Shown piece after piece: positions 26,630-36,845 of a DNA stretch of 61,939 nucleotides. The stretch comes from an uncultured Smithella sp. (GTDB lineage Bacteria > Desulfobacterota > Syntrophia > Syntrophales > Smithellaceae). The position numbers and the translations under genes were made by a program. The DNA lies in NCBI GenBank assembly GCA_964646755.1, contig CAZYIE010000005.1, positions 1 to 61,939 on the forward strand, given 5' to 3'. The notes under the pieces are model-generated. The model saw only the letters and a list, made by a program, of their open reading frames with translations, was not told the DNA's origin and did not search any database. The stretch's first letter is position 1; the number at the start of each line of letters is the position of its first letter.

Positions 26630-27180
26630 GGTTTTACCTCATCTTGGGTTTTATGAAGTTTGATAATAATTCTTTTTGCCTTTTTTGTTTTATATTCTTC
26701 AACGATAACGCGATCAGGCAAAATTTCAATGACTTTCCCTTTATTGACGCCAATATGCGTTCCGACAATTAAAGGATAATGTTTTTTTGTCCCATCATCG
26801 ACAACAATAGCTACCCGGCGGCTTTGGTCACCGGCAATTCCCACTAGCCGAAATTTCTCCACTTCCGTTCTTTGCAGAGGATAAATTGAACCTACGCCCT
26901 TTTTTTCTGCTTTCTTTTTTGCGGCAATTTCATCGTCCACAAAAGGCCGGAAAGGATCAGGCTTGCCCGCAGGATTGTAGCTGTATGTACTTTCCACAGG
27001 CGGTGCCACAGGTGCCGGTGGTGGCAGTTGGGGTTGCATTTGGGGTGCCTGCGGCTTTACTGGAGCAACTTTCGCCGGCAGGACGGGCATTGTTTTTTTA
27101 GCTTCAGCAGCAAAAAGGCTTTCGGTGCTTAAAAAGCCGGCAAAAAATATTAAAGTAATCAGAAGAGTTATTTTTCTCAT
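26626..27180 (-). CDS. pilP: Type IV pilus assembly protein PilP
   Basis: YNPAGKPDPFRPF and PLQR...FRLVGI motifs; position in operon. Confidence 0.85.
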   Translation of the reverse strand: MRKITLLITLIFFAGFLSTESLFAAEAKKTMPVLPAKVAPVKPQAPQMQPQLPPPAPVAPPVESTYSYNPAGKPDPFRPFVDDEIAAKKKAEKKGVGSIYPLQRTEVEKFRLVGIAGDQSRRVAIVVDDGTKKHYPLIVGTHIGVNKGKVIEILPDRVIVEEYKTKKAKRIIIKLHKTQDEVKP

Positions 27181-27890
27181 TTTGCCTTTTCACTTGCAGG
27201 TTCTTTTTTATCTACAAACATGTAGGTTTTTATTGTGCACGCTGTATTGACAACGAAGCCTTTGCCTTTTATCTCTTTTCTCTCCATGGTAACATCGGAA
27301 ATATTAACAATACGCGACAGTCTGGCTACTTTATCAAAGAAATAAACAATATTCTGGAAAGTGCCGATGACCGTCACATTAACTGGTATTTCTTCGTAAA
27401 ATGGTTCTGGTTCCGATGGAGGAGCGGTTTTACCATCCGCCGGTTTGGCACCGGCTGCAGCTTTGGGATCCGCCGGCTTGGGTGGCGGCGCTCCTGCTTT
27501 GGCCTGTTTTTTATCCGGTACTTTTGGTGGCGCAACTTTGGGCTCAAACAACAAAAAATCAATACCCGCATCTTTGCCGGCTAGAGAAACGGAGTGAAAA
27601 AGTCCTGGGATTTCTTTCTGGGCGGGAAGTTTTTGCAAGGCCACATTGTAATTCTCTCTAAGTGCGGCAACATCGGCTTTATATTTGTTAAATTGCAGCA
27701 CAGTTCTTTCTTTTTCCTTAATCTGGTCTTGCAATTCGGCCACCTTTTGATTCAGGGAAGTTCTCTTTTCGATTGTTGCCGATAAAAAATAAAACCAATC
27801 AAAGTAACCGATAACTACAATTACTGCGACGATAATCCCCGCCTTGGCTTTGGGAGATAATTTTTTTATGGCGTCCAGGTCAATGGCCAT
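27177..27890 (-). CDS. pilO: Type IV pilus assembly protein PilO
   Basis: N-terminal TM, coiled coil, QKLP..KEIPGL and FYEEIPV...RIVNI motifs. Confidence 0.88.
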   Translation of the reverse strand: MAIDLDAIKKLSPKAKAGIIVAVIVVIGYFDWFYFLSATIEKRTSLNQKVAELQDQIKEKERTVLQFNKYKADVAALRENYNVALQKLPAQKEIPGLFHSVSLAGKDAGIDFLLFEPKVAPPKVPDKKQAKAGAPPPKPADPKAAAGAKPADGKTAPPSEPEPFYEEIPVNVTVIGTFQNIVYFFDKVARLSRIVNISDVTMERKEIKGKGFVVNTACTIKTYMFVDKKEPASEKAK

Positions 27891-27893
27891 ATA

Positions 27894-28442
27894 TTAAAAT
27901 CCTTTTTTCATAACACATGAAAAGATAAATTGCTGTAAAGTAATACCGCCAATTTCTGTCGTCTTGGAAGAAACCAAATCGACTGATTTTATTGGCTCAA
28001 ATTTTTCAATAGTCTTCATAAAATCAGCCACAATTATATTGTCCCGACCAATTCCTTCAATTGTTAGCTGATTGTTTTTTTGGACGATTTTAACAAGCCA
28101 GATATTTTTAGCAGGAACAAGCGCCGCCAAATCGTCTAACGTCTTAACCGGCGCTAAACGATTTTCTTCCAATGTTTTAATAACTCCCAGTTTTTGTTCC
28201 AGCTCTTTTTTATCTTTCTTGAATTTATCCAAATCACCTATTTTTTTATTCAAATCGACCAGCTTTGCTTCCGCTACCTTGACTTGACTCTCCAAGTGAC
28301 TTACCGAGGACGACAACTTAAACTGAACTAATACCAACAACAGGATGAAAAAGACAAAAGACCCACCCAAAATAGATATCTGGCGGGCAATGTTTTCTTT
28401 TTTTGCTTTTTCGCGGTAAGGTAAAAGATTAATTTTAATCAT
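27894..28442 (-). CDS. pilN: Type IV pilus assembly protein PilN
   Basis: MIKINLLPYRE N-terminal motif followed by a TM helix and coiled coil. Confidence 0.92.
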   Translation of the reverse strand: MIKINLLPYREKAKKENIARQISILGGSFVFFILLLVLVQFKLSSSVSHLESQVKVAEAKLVDLNKKIGDLDKFKKDKKELEQKLGVIKTLEENRLAPVKTLDDLAALVPAKNIWLVKIVQKNNQLTIEGIGRDNIIVADFMKTIEKFEPIKSVDLVSSKTTEIGGITLQQFIFSCVMKKGF

Positions 28443-29506
28443 TTGTCATCCATTTTTCTCAAGCCTAAACCAATAGCTACAGCAGCAATGGGGCTGATGC
28501 TCTCCAGTGCCTTGGCGTCAATGTTTCTCTTGTTGTAACCAATCTTTAAAAAAGGATTGACTATTTCTGTTGCTATATTTAGCCTTTGCGATAAACTTTC
28601 TGCCAAACCACTAATTCTAGCCGAGCCACCGGAAAGAAAAACGTGTTTAATATCTTCACCACCGAAAGTAGAACGGAAATAATCGATTGATCTTTCAATT
28701 TCCAGGCAAATAGGCTCAGCCAAATCCAAAATGTTGTTTTGTAAATCCATATTATCCTGAGTCAGGCATTCTACTTTATTTTTTTCCGCTTCCTCGAAAG
28801 TTATTTGATATTTTCCCTGTAATGCTTCGGTAATCGAATTGCCACCTAACGTAAAATCCCGGGTAAAGATCGACATGCCGCCTTTAAGGATATTTATATT
28901 GGTAATACTAGCACCAATATTAACCATGACAGCTATTTCGTTATTTTCATATTCATAATTCGCTTCGTACATCGTCTCCAAAGCAAAGGAATCCACATCC
29001 ATAATGATTATATTGAGGCCGGCGCCGACAAGAGCGTCGAGATAACTGTTGACAATATCCTTCTTGGCGGCAACGATAATAACGTCCATCTGATTGGGAT
29101 TAAATTCATTATCCCCCAGAAGCTGAAAGTCATAATTAACCTCATCCATATTATCGAAAGGTAAATATTTGCCCCCTTCGTCGCGGATTAATTCCCGTAA
29201 TTCCGTTTCATTCATTTGAGCAAATGTAACTTTTTTAACAATCACTGAATTTCCGGAAAGGGAAGTCGCTATCCCCCTGCGCTGTAAACCGGATTTCTGG
29301 AAAAGCTCTTTGACCTTTAAAGATAATTCCCGGGCATCAGCTAAAACACCTTCGACGATTATTCCCTTGGGCAGTGGGATCTGTAAAAATTTATTAAGAA
29401 CGTAGCCCTTCGATGAGCTGACCACCTCAGCCAATTTTAAGGAGCTGGAACCGATATCTAAACCAACGATCTTTTTTGAACCGGAAAAAAAATTTAAATC
29501 TAACAT
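28439..29506 (-). CDS. pilM: Type IV pilus assembly actin-like protein PilM
   Basis: VGLDIGSSSLK, VNIGASITNI and LSGGSA actin-fold motifs. Confidence 0.93.
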   Translation of the reverse strand: MLDLNFFSGSKKIVGLDIGSSSLKLAEVVSSSKGYVLNKFLQIPLPKGIIVEGVLADARELSLKVKELFQKSGLQRRGIATSLSGNSVIVKKVTFAQMNETELRELIRDEGGKYLPFDNMDEVNYDFQLLGDNEFNPNQMDVIIVAAKKDIVNSYLDALVGAGLNIIIMDVDSFALETMYEANYEYENNEIAVMVNIGASITNINILKGGMSIFTRDFTLGGNSITEALQGKYQITFEEAEKNKVECLTQDNMDLQNNILDLAEPICLEIERSIDYFRSTFGGEDIKHVFLSGGSARISGLAESLSQRLNIATEIVNPFLKIGYNKRNIDAKALESISPIAAVAIGLGLRKMDDK

Positions 29507-29550
29507 TAAAACACCACCAGAAATGTTTTCCGGGAAATCCGCTCTCCTAA

Positions 29551-29817
29551 TTATCTGGAAAGCCGGTAAACTGTATCACCTTTTTTAACCATGCCCAACT
29601 CATTACGGGCTAGTGATTCAATATAAACCAAATCACTACGCAATAAAACAATTTTCTTTTTCAATTCATTATTTTCTATAGCCACACTACTGTTCAACAA
29701 TTTCAGCTGTGCTAATCTCTTACCCATTAAATAATTATCAACCAATCCACGATTACCGAATGTTGTTAAAAGCGCCATTAAAAACAAAAAAACAACCAAG
29801 TATCTGCCAACTTTCAT
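29551..29817 (-). CDS. ftsB: FtsB/DivIC septum-formation initiator family protein
   Basis: TM helix, GNRGL, coiled coil and IESLARNELGMVKKGD motif. Confidence 0.75.
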   Translation of the reverse strand: MKVGRYLVVFLFLMALLTTFGNRGLVDNYLMGKRLAQLKLLNSSVAIENNELKKKIVLLRSDLVYIESLARNELGMVKKGDTVYRLSR

Positions 29818-29856
29818 TGAGAAGCAATCCCCCTCCACGCCCACGACAAATAATCT

Positions 29857-30060
29857 TCATGCATCGGTTGTCTTTTCAAAAAAGACTTCTTTGTATTGTT
29901 TTTGCAATGCTTTTGCGACTTTTAACTCTGAGTTTTTCCTCGTGGGCAAACCTTTCTCCATTTTGGCAATTGTTTGCGGGGTCAATTGCGCCTTCCTTGC
30001 CAACTCCGATACGCTCAAAGGAATTTCCTCTCGAAATTTTTTTACGCTATTTTTTCGCAT
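29857..30060 (-). CDS. Small XRE-family HTH protein
   Basis: LSVSELARKAQLTPQTIAKMEKG helix-turn-helix; 67 aa. Confidence 0.8.
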   Translation of the reverse strand: MRKNSVKKFREEIPLSVSELARKAQLTPQTIAKMEKGLPTRKNSELKVAKALQKQYKEVFFEKTTDA

Positions 30061-30091
30061 ATTTTCTATCTACCTTAAAGGGTTACCTCAT

Positions 30092-30110
30092 TTGTTGTTA
30101 ATAACAACAA
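30092..30110. promoter_or_regulatory. Palindromic candidate operator upstream of the HTH-ftsB-pil run
   Basis: TTGTTGTTA-A-TAACAACAA perfect 9-bp inverted repeat; minus-strand TTGACT at 30125-30130 just upstream. Confidence 0.55.
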
Positions 30111-30187
30111 CAGATATAAATAAAAGTCAAGAAAAAATATTTGATGATCATTAAAGTTAATTAATATTGATTAATATTGATTAATAA

Positions 30188-31363
30188 TTAGATTTCTACG
30201 GAGGGTAAAATTTGTTGCGGTTCACCAAGAACAAACTTGCCGCTTTCTATCCATTCTTTCAACGTGTTAGCTATCTGTCTGGCCTTGTAGTAGCTGGACA
30301 GGGGCGCAGTAATTATTTTTTTCCCATCAATCGTGATTGTTCCACTACGCAGTTCTTTATAACTGACTTCCGCCAGAGGCTTGGATACGTTTTTAGGATA
30401 ATCCATGCTGTAATCATAAACTTGAGCATAAATGTCTTCATCCTTTACTGCCGTGAAACGTGCCATATCTTCATCCAAAATGGGAATGGGAATGCCTATC
30501 CCCACAAACAGGGAAACCCCATAACCGAGAATGCTTGCCGCAGCCAGCCACTCCGGGTTCATTTCTTTCAAATTACCCACCACAGCAATAGTACCGGCAC
30601 CTTCTTTCGGAACACCATTCGGACCGCGGGAAGCGTTTGGATTATGCTGGGTACCCGGCCAGGCAACAAAGCCCTGGGCTCCCCCTAGGAATATGCGCGT
30701 ACCAACGCCAATAGTCCGGTAATAGGGATCATTAAACAGTGGGCTCAATTGCCCCGCAGTTGCGTAATTGGCGTTGGCCATCCGCGGGCGCAGCATTCCC
30801 ATATAGGTATAAATCGTTGTATCCGATAAGTTTACAGCGCAATTGTAATTTTGATAAGCATTGCGGGGGTTAAATAACGTTGCATCACGCAAATCGTTTA
30901 TGGTAATATTTTTTTCAAATTTTCTGGCCGGATAGCAATCTGTGCCATAACCTTCGGCGCGTAATTTAATCACATTCCCGGATACCAGGTCCTCGATAAC
31001 ATGGCCGCCACCATAATTAAATTCTCCGGGATAAACACTGTTGAGCGGGTCTCCTTCGACGACTTCCGTGGCACCGATATAACAATCAACAGCAGCAATC
31101 CCGCCATACGCCGGCACATCATTTAACCAGACCTTGGATGCCCGAATTTTGGGAGAGGTATGACCGAAATTCAAGAATGCTCCCGATGAGCACATTGCTC
31201 CAAAAGTACCGGTTGTAACAACATCGATCTTGCGGGCAGCCTCGACTGCTCCATTATTTTCGACAATATCGATCATTTCTTCGGCAGTAACGACAACCGC
31301 CCGGCCATCTTTTATCTTCTCGTTAATTTCTCGAAATGTCTTTTTAACTTTAAATTTTTTCAT
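30188..31363 (-). CDS. Homocysteine biosynthesis protein (MJ0100/DUF39 family, aspartate-semialdehyde sulfurtransferase-like)
   Basis: INEKIKDGRAVVVTAEE, DVVTTGTFGAMCSSGA, NPRNAYQNY and TIYTYMG motifs; no CBS domains. Confidence 0.85.
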   Translation of the reverse strand: MKKFKVKKTFREINEKIKDGRAVVVTAEEMIDIVENNGAVEAARKIDVVTTGTFGAMCSSGAFLNFGHTSPKIRASKVWLNDVPAYGGIAAVDCYIGATEVVEGDPLNSVYPGEFNYGGGHVIEDLVSGNVIKLRAEGYGTDCYPARKFEKNITINDLRDATLFNPRNAYQNYNCAVNLSDTTIYTYMGMLRPRMANANYATAGQLSPLFNDPYYRTIGVGTRIFLGGAQGFVAWPGTQHNPNASRGPNGVPKEGAGTIAVVGNLKEMNPEWLAAASILGYGVSLFVGIGIPIPILDEDMARFTAVKDEDIYAQVYDYSMDYPKNVSKPLAEVSYKELRSGTITIDGKKIITAPLSSYYKARQIANTLKEWIESGKFVLGEPQQILPSVEI

Positions 31364-31443
31364 AACCCGAAAATAGCAATCAACTTATTTTGTGCTTTTC
31401 CCATACCACCGTTCAGCGGCAATTGCAAAAGATTAAGAAAAGG

Positions 31444-31887
31444 TTATGTATGGCCAAACCCTCCGGCACCTCGGGCCGTCGAATTTAATTCTTCAACTTC
31501 CACCCAATTTACCTGGCAGACTCTTTGAATGATCATTTGAGCCAGACGCATACCCCGACTCACAATAAAAGGCTTTTCTCCATGATTAATCACAATCAAA
31601 GCGATTTCTCCGCGATAATCCGCATCAATTGTGCCCGGCGAATTCAGCAGAGTAATCCCTTCTTTAATTGCCAGTCCGCTGCGCGGCCTTATCTGTGCTT
31701 CAAAACCTTCCGGCAGAGCAATGGCAATTCCCGTTGGTATTTTTTTACGCTCGCCAGGCTTTATAATTTCGTCTTGCACCACAGCCGCAAAAATATCCAT
31801 GCCTGCGGCTTGCTTAGTCATATATTGCGGCAGCGTAATATCGTCATTGCCGGCAAGCCTTTGAATGCAAACATTTATTTTTTCCAT
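31444..31887 (-). CDS. dut: dUTP diphosphatase
   Basis: [25 protein letters not shown] and RGAGGFGHT motifs. Confidence 0.96.
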   Translation of the reverse strand: MEKINVCIQRLAGNDDITLPQYMTKQAAGMDIFAAVVQDEIIKPGERKKIPTGIAIALPEGFEAQIRPRSGLAIKEGITLLNSPGTIDADYRGEIALIVINHGEKPFIVSRGMRLAQMIIQRVCQVNWVEVEELNSTARGAGGFGHT

Positions 31888-31930
31888 TTGATTTCCGCAG
31901 AAGAATATTAGGTGAGTGGAATATTAAGCG

Positions 31931-31968
31931 CTGTTCTGTATCGGTAATTATCCACCGATACAGAACAG
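31931..31968. terminator. Strong hairpin between pnp and dut (terminator, processing or stabiliser site)
   Basis: Perfect 15-bp stem CTGTTCTGTATCGGT/ACCGATACAGAACAG with an 8-nt loop; no clean U-tract. Confidence 0.5.
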
Positions 31969-31999
31969 TTTGTCCTTAACTGCTTAGTGCTTATTTATG

Positions 32000-34120
32000 C
32001 TATGTCGCTTCAGCATCCATTGCTTCTTTCCGGCTAAGACGGATTTTGCCCTGCTTGTCCATCTCCAGAACCTTGACCATAACTTCATCGCCTTCTTTGA
32101 GGACATCAGTAACCTTGTTTACTCTTTCTTTGGATATTTGCGAAATGTGCAACAATCCTTCGGTGCCCGGTAAAATTTCGACAAAGGCTCCAAAATCAAC
32201 TATTTTCTTCACGGTGCCACGGTAAATTTTACCGACTTCCGCTTCTTCGGTAAGCCATTTAACCATAGCTACCGCACGGGCTGCCGCCTCGGCATCACTG
32301 GACGCAATCGTCACTGTGCCATCATCTTCGACGTCAATGGAAACACCAGTCTCACTAATAATCTGCCGGATATTTTTTCCACCTGATCCGATAACCGTCC
32401 GCACCTGATCTTCTTTCACCTTCACTGTGGTAATGCGCGGCGCGTAAAGCGAAATATCCGCTCGGGGCGCCGCCAGTGTTTCGCGGATTTTACCGATAAT
32501 ATGCACACGGCCGGCCCTTGCCTGGGCTAAAGCCTTGCGCAAAATGTCTTCAGTCAGTCCGTCTATTTTAATATCCATTTGCATAGCGGTAATGCCTTTT
32601 TCCGTACCGCACACTTTAAAATCCATGTCGCCGGCATGATCTTCGTCACCCAGAATATCCGATAAAATAACAACATTCTCCCCTTCTTTTAAAAGACCCA
32701 TGGCAATACCCGCCACAACATCTTTCACCGGAACTCCGGCATCCATCAGAGCTAAAATGCCACCGCAAACTGTCGCCATAGAAGATGAGCCGTTAGAGGA
32801 AAGTATTTCCGAAACAATGCGAATTGTATAAGGGAAAACATCCGCCGCGGGTAAAACAGGAACTAATGCTTTCCGGGCCAGAGCTCCATGGCCTATTTCT
32901 CTTCTCCCGGGACTACGTAAAGATTTTGCCTCGCCAACGCTATAAGGCGGAAAGTTATAATGGAGAATAAAAGATCGCCTCTCCTCTGCTGCTATATAAT
33001 CCAGGCGCTGCTCATCGGAAGACGTCCCCAGCGTTAGAGCGGCCAAAGCCTGCGTCTCGCCACGGTTAAATAAAGCCGATCCATGAGCACGGGGCAGAAT
33101 TCCCGCTTCTGAGCTAATCGGTCGGATTTCGGTAGATGACCTGCCGTCAATTCTTTTTTTATCCTGAATAATCATATCGCGTAAAATGCGTCTTTCCAGT
33201 TCTTCGATAATTCCGGCCACTTTTTTACAAACCGCAGCATCATCGCCGCCTATCTCTTTAATAACTTTCGCGCGCACTTCGTCCAGCCAACCATAGCGCT
33301 CCAGTTTACGGGGCATGCTATAGCCTGCTTGTAGATCAGCCAGCGCCACGGCACTTACTTTCGCCGTCAGCTCTGCATCGGTCTCTACTTCCGCTACGGC
33401 TCTTTTTTCGTGGCCGATTTCTTTGCGCATTTTGTCCTGCAAATCAATTACGGGGCGAATTGCTTCCAAACCGAATTTAATAGCATCAACAACGATGTCT
33501 TCAGCCACTTCTTTTGCATCGCCTTCCATCATGACAAGTTCGACATCGTAGTCGTGTCCGGCTTTGCTGGGAACAACTTTTCTGCCCACCATGAAAATAT
33601 TCAATTCGCTTGCCTGCATTTTCTCCGCGCTGGCATTGCAGACAAATTCGCCATTGATGCGGCCTACACGAACACCGGCAATGGGCCCCTTAAACGGAAT
33701 GTTGGATATTTCCAAAGCTGCCGAAGCGCCAATCATGGCAGCGATTTCAGCATCATTTTCCTTGTCCACGGAAAGAACTGTGGCAACCAGCTGTGTTTCG
33801 GAATAGTATCCCTTGGGAAACAACGGACGGATTGACCGGTCGACAATGCGGGAGATTAATATTTCCCTTTCATTAAGACGGCCTTCCCTTTTAAAGAATC
33901 CTCCCGGAATTTTTCCGGCAGCATAGGTCATTTCCTGATAGTCAACGGTCAACGGCAGAAAATCTATCCCTGCTCGGGCCGTTTTTAAAGACACGGCTGT
34001 TACCAGTACTACTGTGTCCCCATAATAAACCAGCGCCGAGCCATCGGCCTGGGCGGCAACGTAATTCGTTTTTAATGTGATATTACGCCCGGCAAAATCT
34101 GTACTAAATATATTACTCAT
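32000..34120 (-). CDS. pnp: Polyribonucleotide nucleotidyltransferase
   Basis: GKIPGGFFKREG, RREIGHG, SNGSSSMA and GDMDFKV motifs; KH and S1 domains. Confidence 0.98.
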   Translation of the reverse strand: MSNIFSTDFAGRNITLKTNYVAAQADGSALVYYGDTVVLVTAVSLKTARAGIDFLPLTVDYQEMTYAAGKIPGGFFKREGRLNEREILISRIVDRSIRPLFPKGYYSETQLVATVLSVDKENDAEIAAMIGASAALEISNIPFKGPIAGVRVGRINGEFVCNASAEKMQASELNIFMVGRKVVPSKAGHDYDVELVMMEGDAKEVAEDIVVDAIKFGLEAIRPVIDLQDKMRKEIGHEKRAVAEVETDAELTAKVSAVALADLQAGYSMPRKLERYGWLDEVRAKVIKEIGGDDAAVCKKVAGIIEELERRILRDMIIQDKKRIDGRSSTEIRPISSEAGILPRAHGSALFNRGETQALAALTLGTSSDEQRLDYIAAEERRSFILHYNFPPYSVGEAKSLRSPGRREIGHGALARKALVPVLPAADVFPYTIRIVSEILSSNGSSSMATVCGGILALMDAGVPVKDVVAGIAMGLLKEGENVVILSDILGDEDHAGDMDFKVCGTEKGITAMQMDIKIDGLTEDILRKALAQARAGRVHIIGKIRETLAAPRADISLYAPRITTVKVKEDQVRTVIGSGGKNIRQIISETGVSIDVEDDGTVTIASSDAEAAARAVAMVKWLTEEAEVGKIYRGTVKKIVDFGAFVEILPGTEGLLHISQISKERVNKVTDVLKEGDEVMVKVLEMDKQGKIRLSRKEAMDAEAT

Positions 34121-34160
34121 TTTTTCCCTCCATTTTCCTCATTTGTTCCGATACTCTGAA

Positions 34161-34248
34161 ATTTAAGGGCGAAATGCAATAGCCGACGGCTCCCAACAGA
34201 TCAACTGCTGTGGCCAATCGAATCAGCTATTGCCTTCCGCCCTTAAAT
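34161..34248 (-). promoter_or_regulatory. Long hairpin in the rpsO-pnp spacer (probable RNase III/pnp autoregulation structure)
   Basis: ATTTAAGGGCG/CGCCCTTAAAT (11 bp) plus GCAATAGC/GCTATTGC (8 bp); same position as the known E. coli pnp leader hairpin. Confidence 0.65.
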
Positions 34249-34254
34249 ACTTCC

Positions 34255-34521
34255 TTACTTCCTGAGTCCCAGACGTTTAATTATATTTCTGTATCGTTCG
34301 ACGTCATTATCCTTAATGTAGTTGAGAAGTCTTCTTCTCTGGCCAACCAGCTTCAAAAGACCGCGACGGGAATGATGATCCTTTTTATGCGACTTAAAAT
34401 GATCAGTCAGATATGAAATCCTGGCGCTGAGCAGTGCAATCTGGACTTCCGGAGATCCCGTATCTTTTTCATGAAGTCGGTATTCTCCAATAATTATTGT
34501 TCTTTTTTCGGTAGTTAACAC
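34255..34521 (-). CDS. rpsO: 30S ribosomal protein S15
   Basis: [12 protein letters not shown] and [22 protein letters not shown] motifs. Confidence 0.98.
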   Translation of the reverse strand: MLTTEKRTIIIGEYRLHEKDTGSPEVQIALLSARISYLTDHFKSHKKDHHSRRGLLKLVGQRRRLLNYIKDNDVERYRNIIKRLGLRK

Positions 34522-34570
34522 GCTTTTTTCCTCCCTATTAATTAATTCCTCGTAATCTAAATTTTAATTA

Positions 34571-35512
34571 TCAGTTTTGAACATTGTTAAAAACTCGCAC
34601 AATCTTGGCAGCCTGACTTTTCTCGTCAATTGACGAAAAATTACTCACCGGTGTCACCATTTCTGCTATTGCCACAAGATAACCCCGGCGATTAATGAAC
34701 TTTATCATATCTCCCGTTTCCAGAAAAGGGAGGACATGGGCCTTCATTGTCTCCACGGAAGGCTGAAATCCGTCACGCAACCTGCCGGCAAAAATATCTT
34801 CTATTTCTATGGAAGTCAACAAAGGTAATAGTTTTGTCATTGGCAACATCTTTGCCAGAAGTTCGCCTTTCTTTTCCTCGGGCAAACTATTCGTAAGCGG
34901 AATAGCCATATCTTCCGAAAAAAAACCGCTCCGCAGCCGGCGCAAGCTGCATAAACAGGCGCCACAACCGAGCGCATTACCGACATCGGCACATAAAGTT
35001 CGAATGTATGTTCCCTTCGAACAGGCGACCCGAAAAGTTACCCGGGGGTAAGAAATATCCTCTACGATAATGTATTGGATTTCCACTTCCCGCGGCTGAG
35101 TTTCTATAATAATACCCTTGCGTGCCCATTTGTACAAAGGCTCTCCGCAATGCTTAATTGCCGAATACGCCGGAGGGACCTGCATAATTTTCCCCACCAT
35201 CCGGGATAATGCCGCCCGAATTTCTTCAACTGACGCCACCTTGTCGGACTGGCCGGTAATTTCCCCTTCCGTATCCAATGTATCCGTTTGCACACCAAGC
35301 AACATTGTGGCCAAGTATTCTTTACTGTCATCAGTCAAAAACCGGGCCAGTTTTGTCGCTTCATTCAGGCAGACAGGAAGCACTCCCGTGGCCATGGGAT
35401 CAAGCGTTCCCGTATGGCCGACTTTTTTGGCGCCCAATATTTTTTTTACTTGGGCAACAACATCGTGTGATGTGATGCCCGCCGGTTTGTCGATAATAAC
35501 GACGCCATCCAT
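34571..35512 (-). CDS. truB: tRNA pseudouridine(55) synthase
   Basis: KPAGITSHD, GHTGTLDP, PPAYSAIK and CSKGTYIR motifs. Confidence 0.96.
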   Translation of the reverse strand: MDGVVIIDKPAGITSHDVVAQVKKILGAKKVGHTGTLDPMATGVLPVCLNEATKLARFLTDDSKEYLATMLLGVQTDTLDTEGEITGQSDKVASVEEIRAALSRMVGKIMQVPPAYSAIKHCGEPLYKWARKGIIIETQPREVEIQYIIVEDISYPRVTFRVACSKGTYIRTLCADVGNALGCGACLCSLRRLRSGFFSEDMAIPLTNSLPEEKKGELLAKMLPMTKLLPLLTSIEIEDIFAGRLRDGFQPSVETMKAHVLPFLETGDMIKFINRRGYLVAIAEMVTPVSNFSSIDEKSQAAKIVRVFNNVQN

Positions 35513-35518
35513 ATATAA

Positions 35519-36469
35519 TTATAATTCCTTAATTGCTTCCATAATCTTAGTTTTAATTGAATCAATATCGCCTTCGATTCGGCAAGCGGCAGCGTTAATG
35601 TGACCGCCACCGCCAAACTTTTTTGCTACTTTTTCTACGTTAACTTGACCTTTGGAACGCAAGCTGAGCTTAAAGCAATTGTCGTTTAACTGGGAATACA
35701 GTATCGAAATTTCAATTCCCTGTATGGCACGGGGAATATCAACAAAACCATCAGTATGCTCCATTGATGCTCCTGCTTCTTGCAGCATTTTATGGGTCAC
35801 AACGAGCGAACCAACTTTCATATTCAAATCAAGGAATAGTGTCTCCAGTGTTTTGGCCAGCAATTTTAACTTCGCCGGAGGATCGCTTTCGTAAATATTT
35901 TCCGAAATCCACTGCGGGTCAGCCCCTTTTTCCACCAATGTTGCCGCCGCCCAAAGAGCACCATGACGAGTGTTGGAGTAGCGGAATCCACCGGTATCCG
36001 TAAGAATAGCCGCATACAAATTGGTACAAATATCTTTGGTCATTTGGACGCTCATTTCTTTCATCAGACGGTAAATTAATTCGCCTGTTGAGCTGGCCTG
36101 AGCATCGATTAACTTTATCTCACAAAAACCACCATTGGAAATATGATGATCAATATTAATCAGTTTTTTTATTTTACTCAATTTCTCTGCCTGGTCGCCA
36201 ACTCGTTCCAATTCACTGCAATCAAGCACAAAAGCGGCATCATATTGTTCCAGATCGCCTGATGTATGAACAATGTTCTGTGCCGCCGGTAAAAACCGGT
36301 AATGTTCCGGCGTGCTATCCTGATTATAGATAACGGCCCTTTTACCTAAATCCCGGAGCATAAGATAAACAGCCAGTTCCGAACCAAGCGCATCACCATC
36401 CAGCCGAACATGGGATGTTATAAGAAAATTCTGTCCTTCATTTATGGCTGCGATAATTTCTTTAATCAT
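35519..36469 (-). CDS. nrnA: DHH-family oligoribonuclease/pAp phosphatase
   Basis: SHVRLDGDALGS, IDHH, TDTGGF and GGGHINAA motifs; conserved position after rbfA. Confidence 0.88.
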   Translation of the reverse strand: MIKEIIAAINEGQNFLITSHVRLDGDALGSELAVYLMLRDLGKRAVIYNQDSTPEHYRFLPAAQNIVHTSGDLEQYDAAFVLDCSELERVGDQAEKLSKIKKLINIDHHISNGGFCEIKLIDAQASSTGELIYRLMKEMSVQMTKDICTNLYAAILTDTGGFRYSNTRHGALWAAATLVEKGADPQWISENIYESDPPAKLKLLAKTLETLFLDLNMKVGSLVVTHKMLQEAGASMEHTDGFVDIPRAIQGIEISILYSQLNDNCFKLSLRSKGQVNVEKVAKKFGGGGHINAAACRIEGDIDSIKTKIMEAIKEL

Positions 36470-36821
36470 TTTCTTTTTCTTCCTTGGCTATATCCGCCAG
36501 GAGCTGATCAATCCGGTTGCCATATCCAAATGACTGATCATGAACGAACATAATGTCGGGAACACAACGCAACTGCAATCTTTTGCCTAATTCCCGGCGG
36601 ACAAAACTGGTGGCCTTCGCCAAGCCCGCCTTAATTTCGTCAGAACAATCGTCTTTTCCCAGTTCCACAAAAAAAATCTTGGCATTACGCAGATCGTCAG
36701 TTACCTTCACCGAGGTAATGGTTACGGCATGGACGCGGGGATCTCTGACCTGCTTGAATATTATATCAGACATCTCGGTCATAATCAGCTCGGCCACCCT
36801 GTCTGCTCTTTTAAAGTTCAT
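36462..36821 (-). CDS. rbfA: Ribosome-binding factor A
   Basis: RADRVAELI, RDPRV and LRCVPDI motifs. Confidence 0.95.
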   Translation of the reverse strand: MNFKRADRVAELIMTEMSDIIFKQVRDPRVHAVTITSVKVTDDLRNAKIFFVELGKDDCSDEIKAGLAKATSFVRRELGKRLQLRCVPDIMFVHDQSFGYGNRIDQLLADIAKEEKEND

Positions 36822-36845
36822 CGTACTTGCCTGTATCCGAGAATG

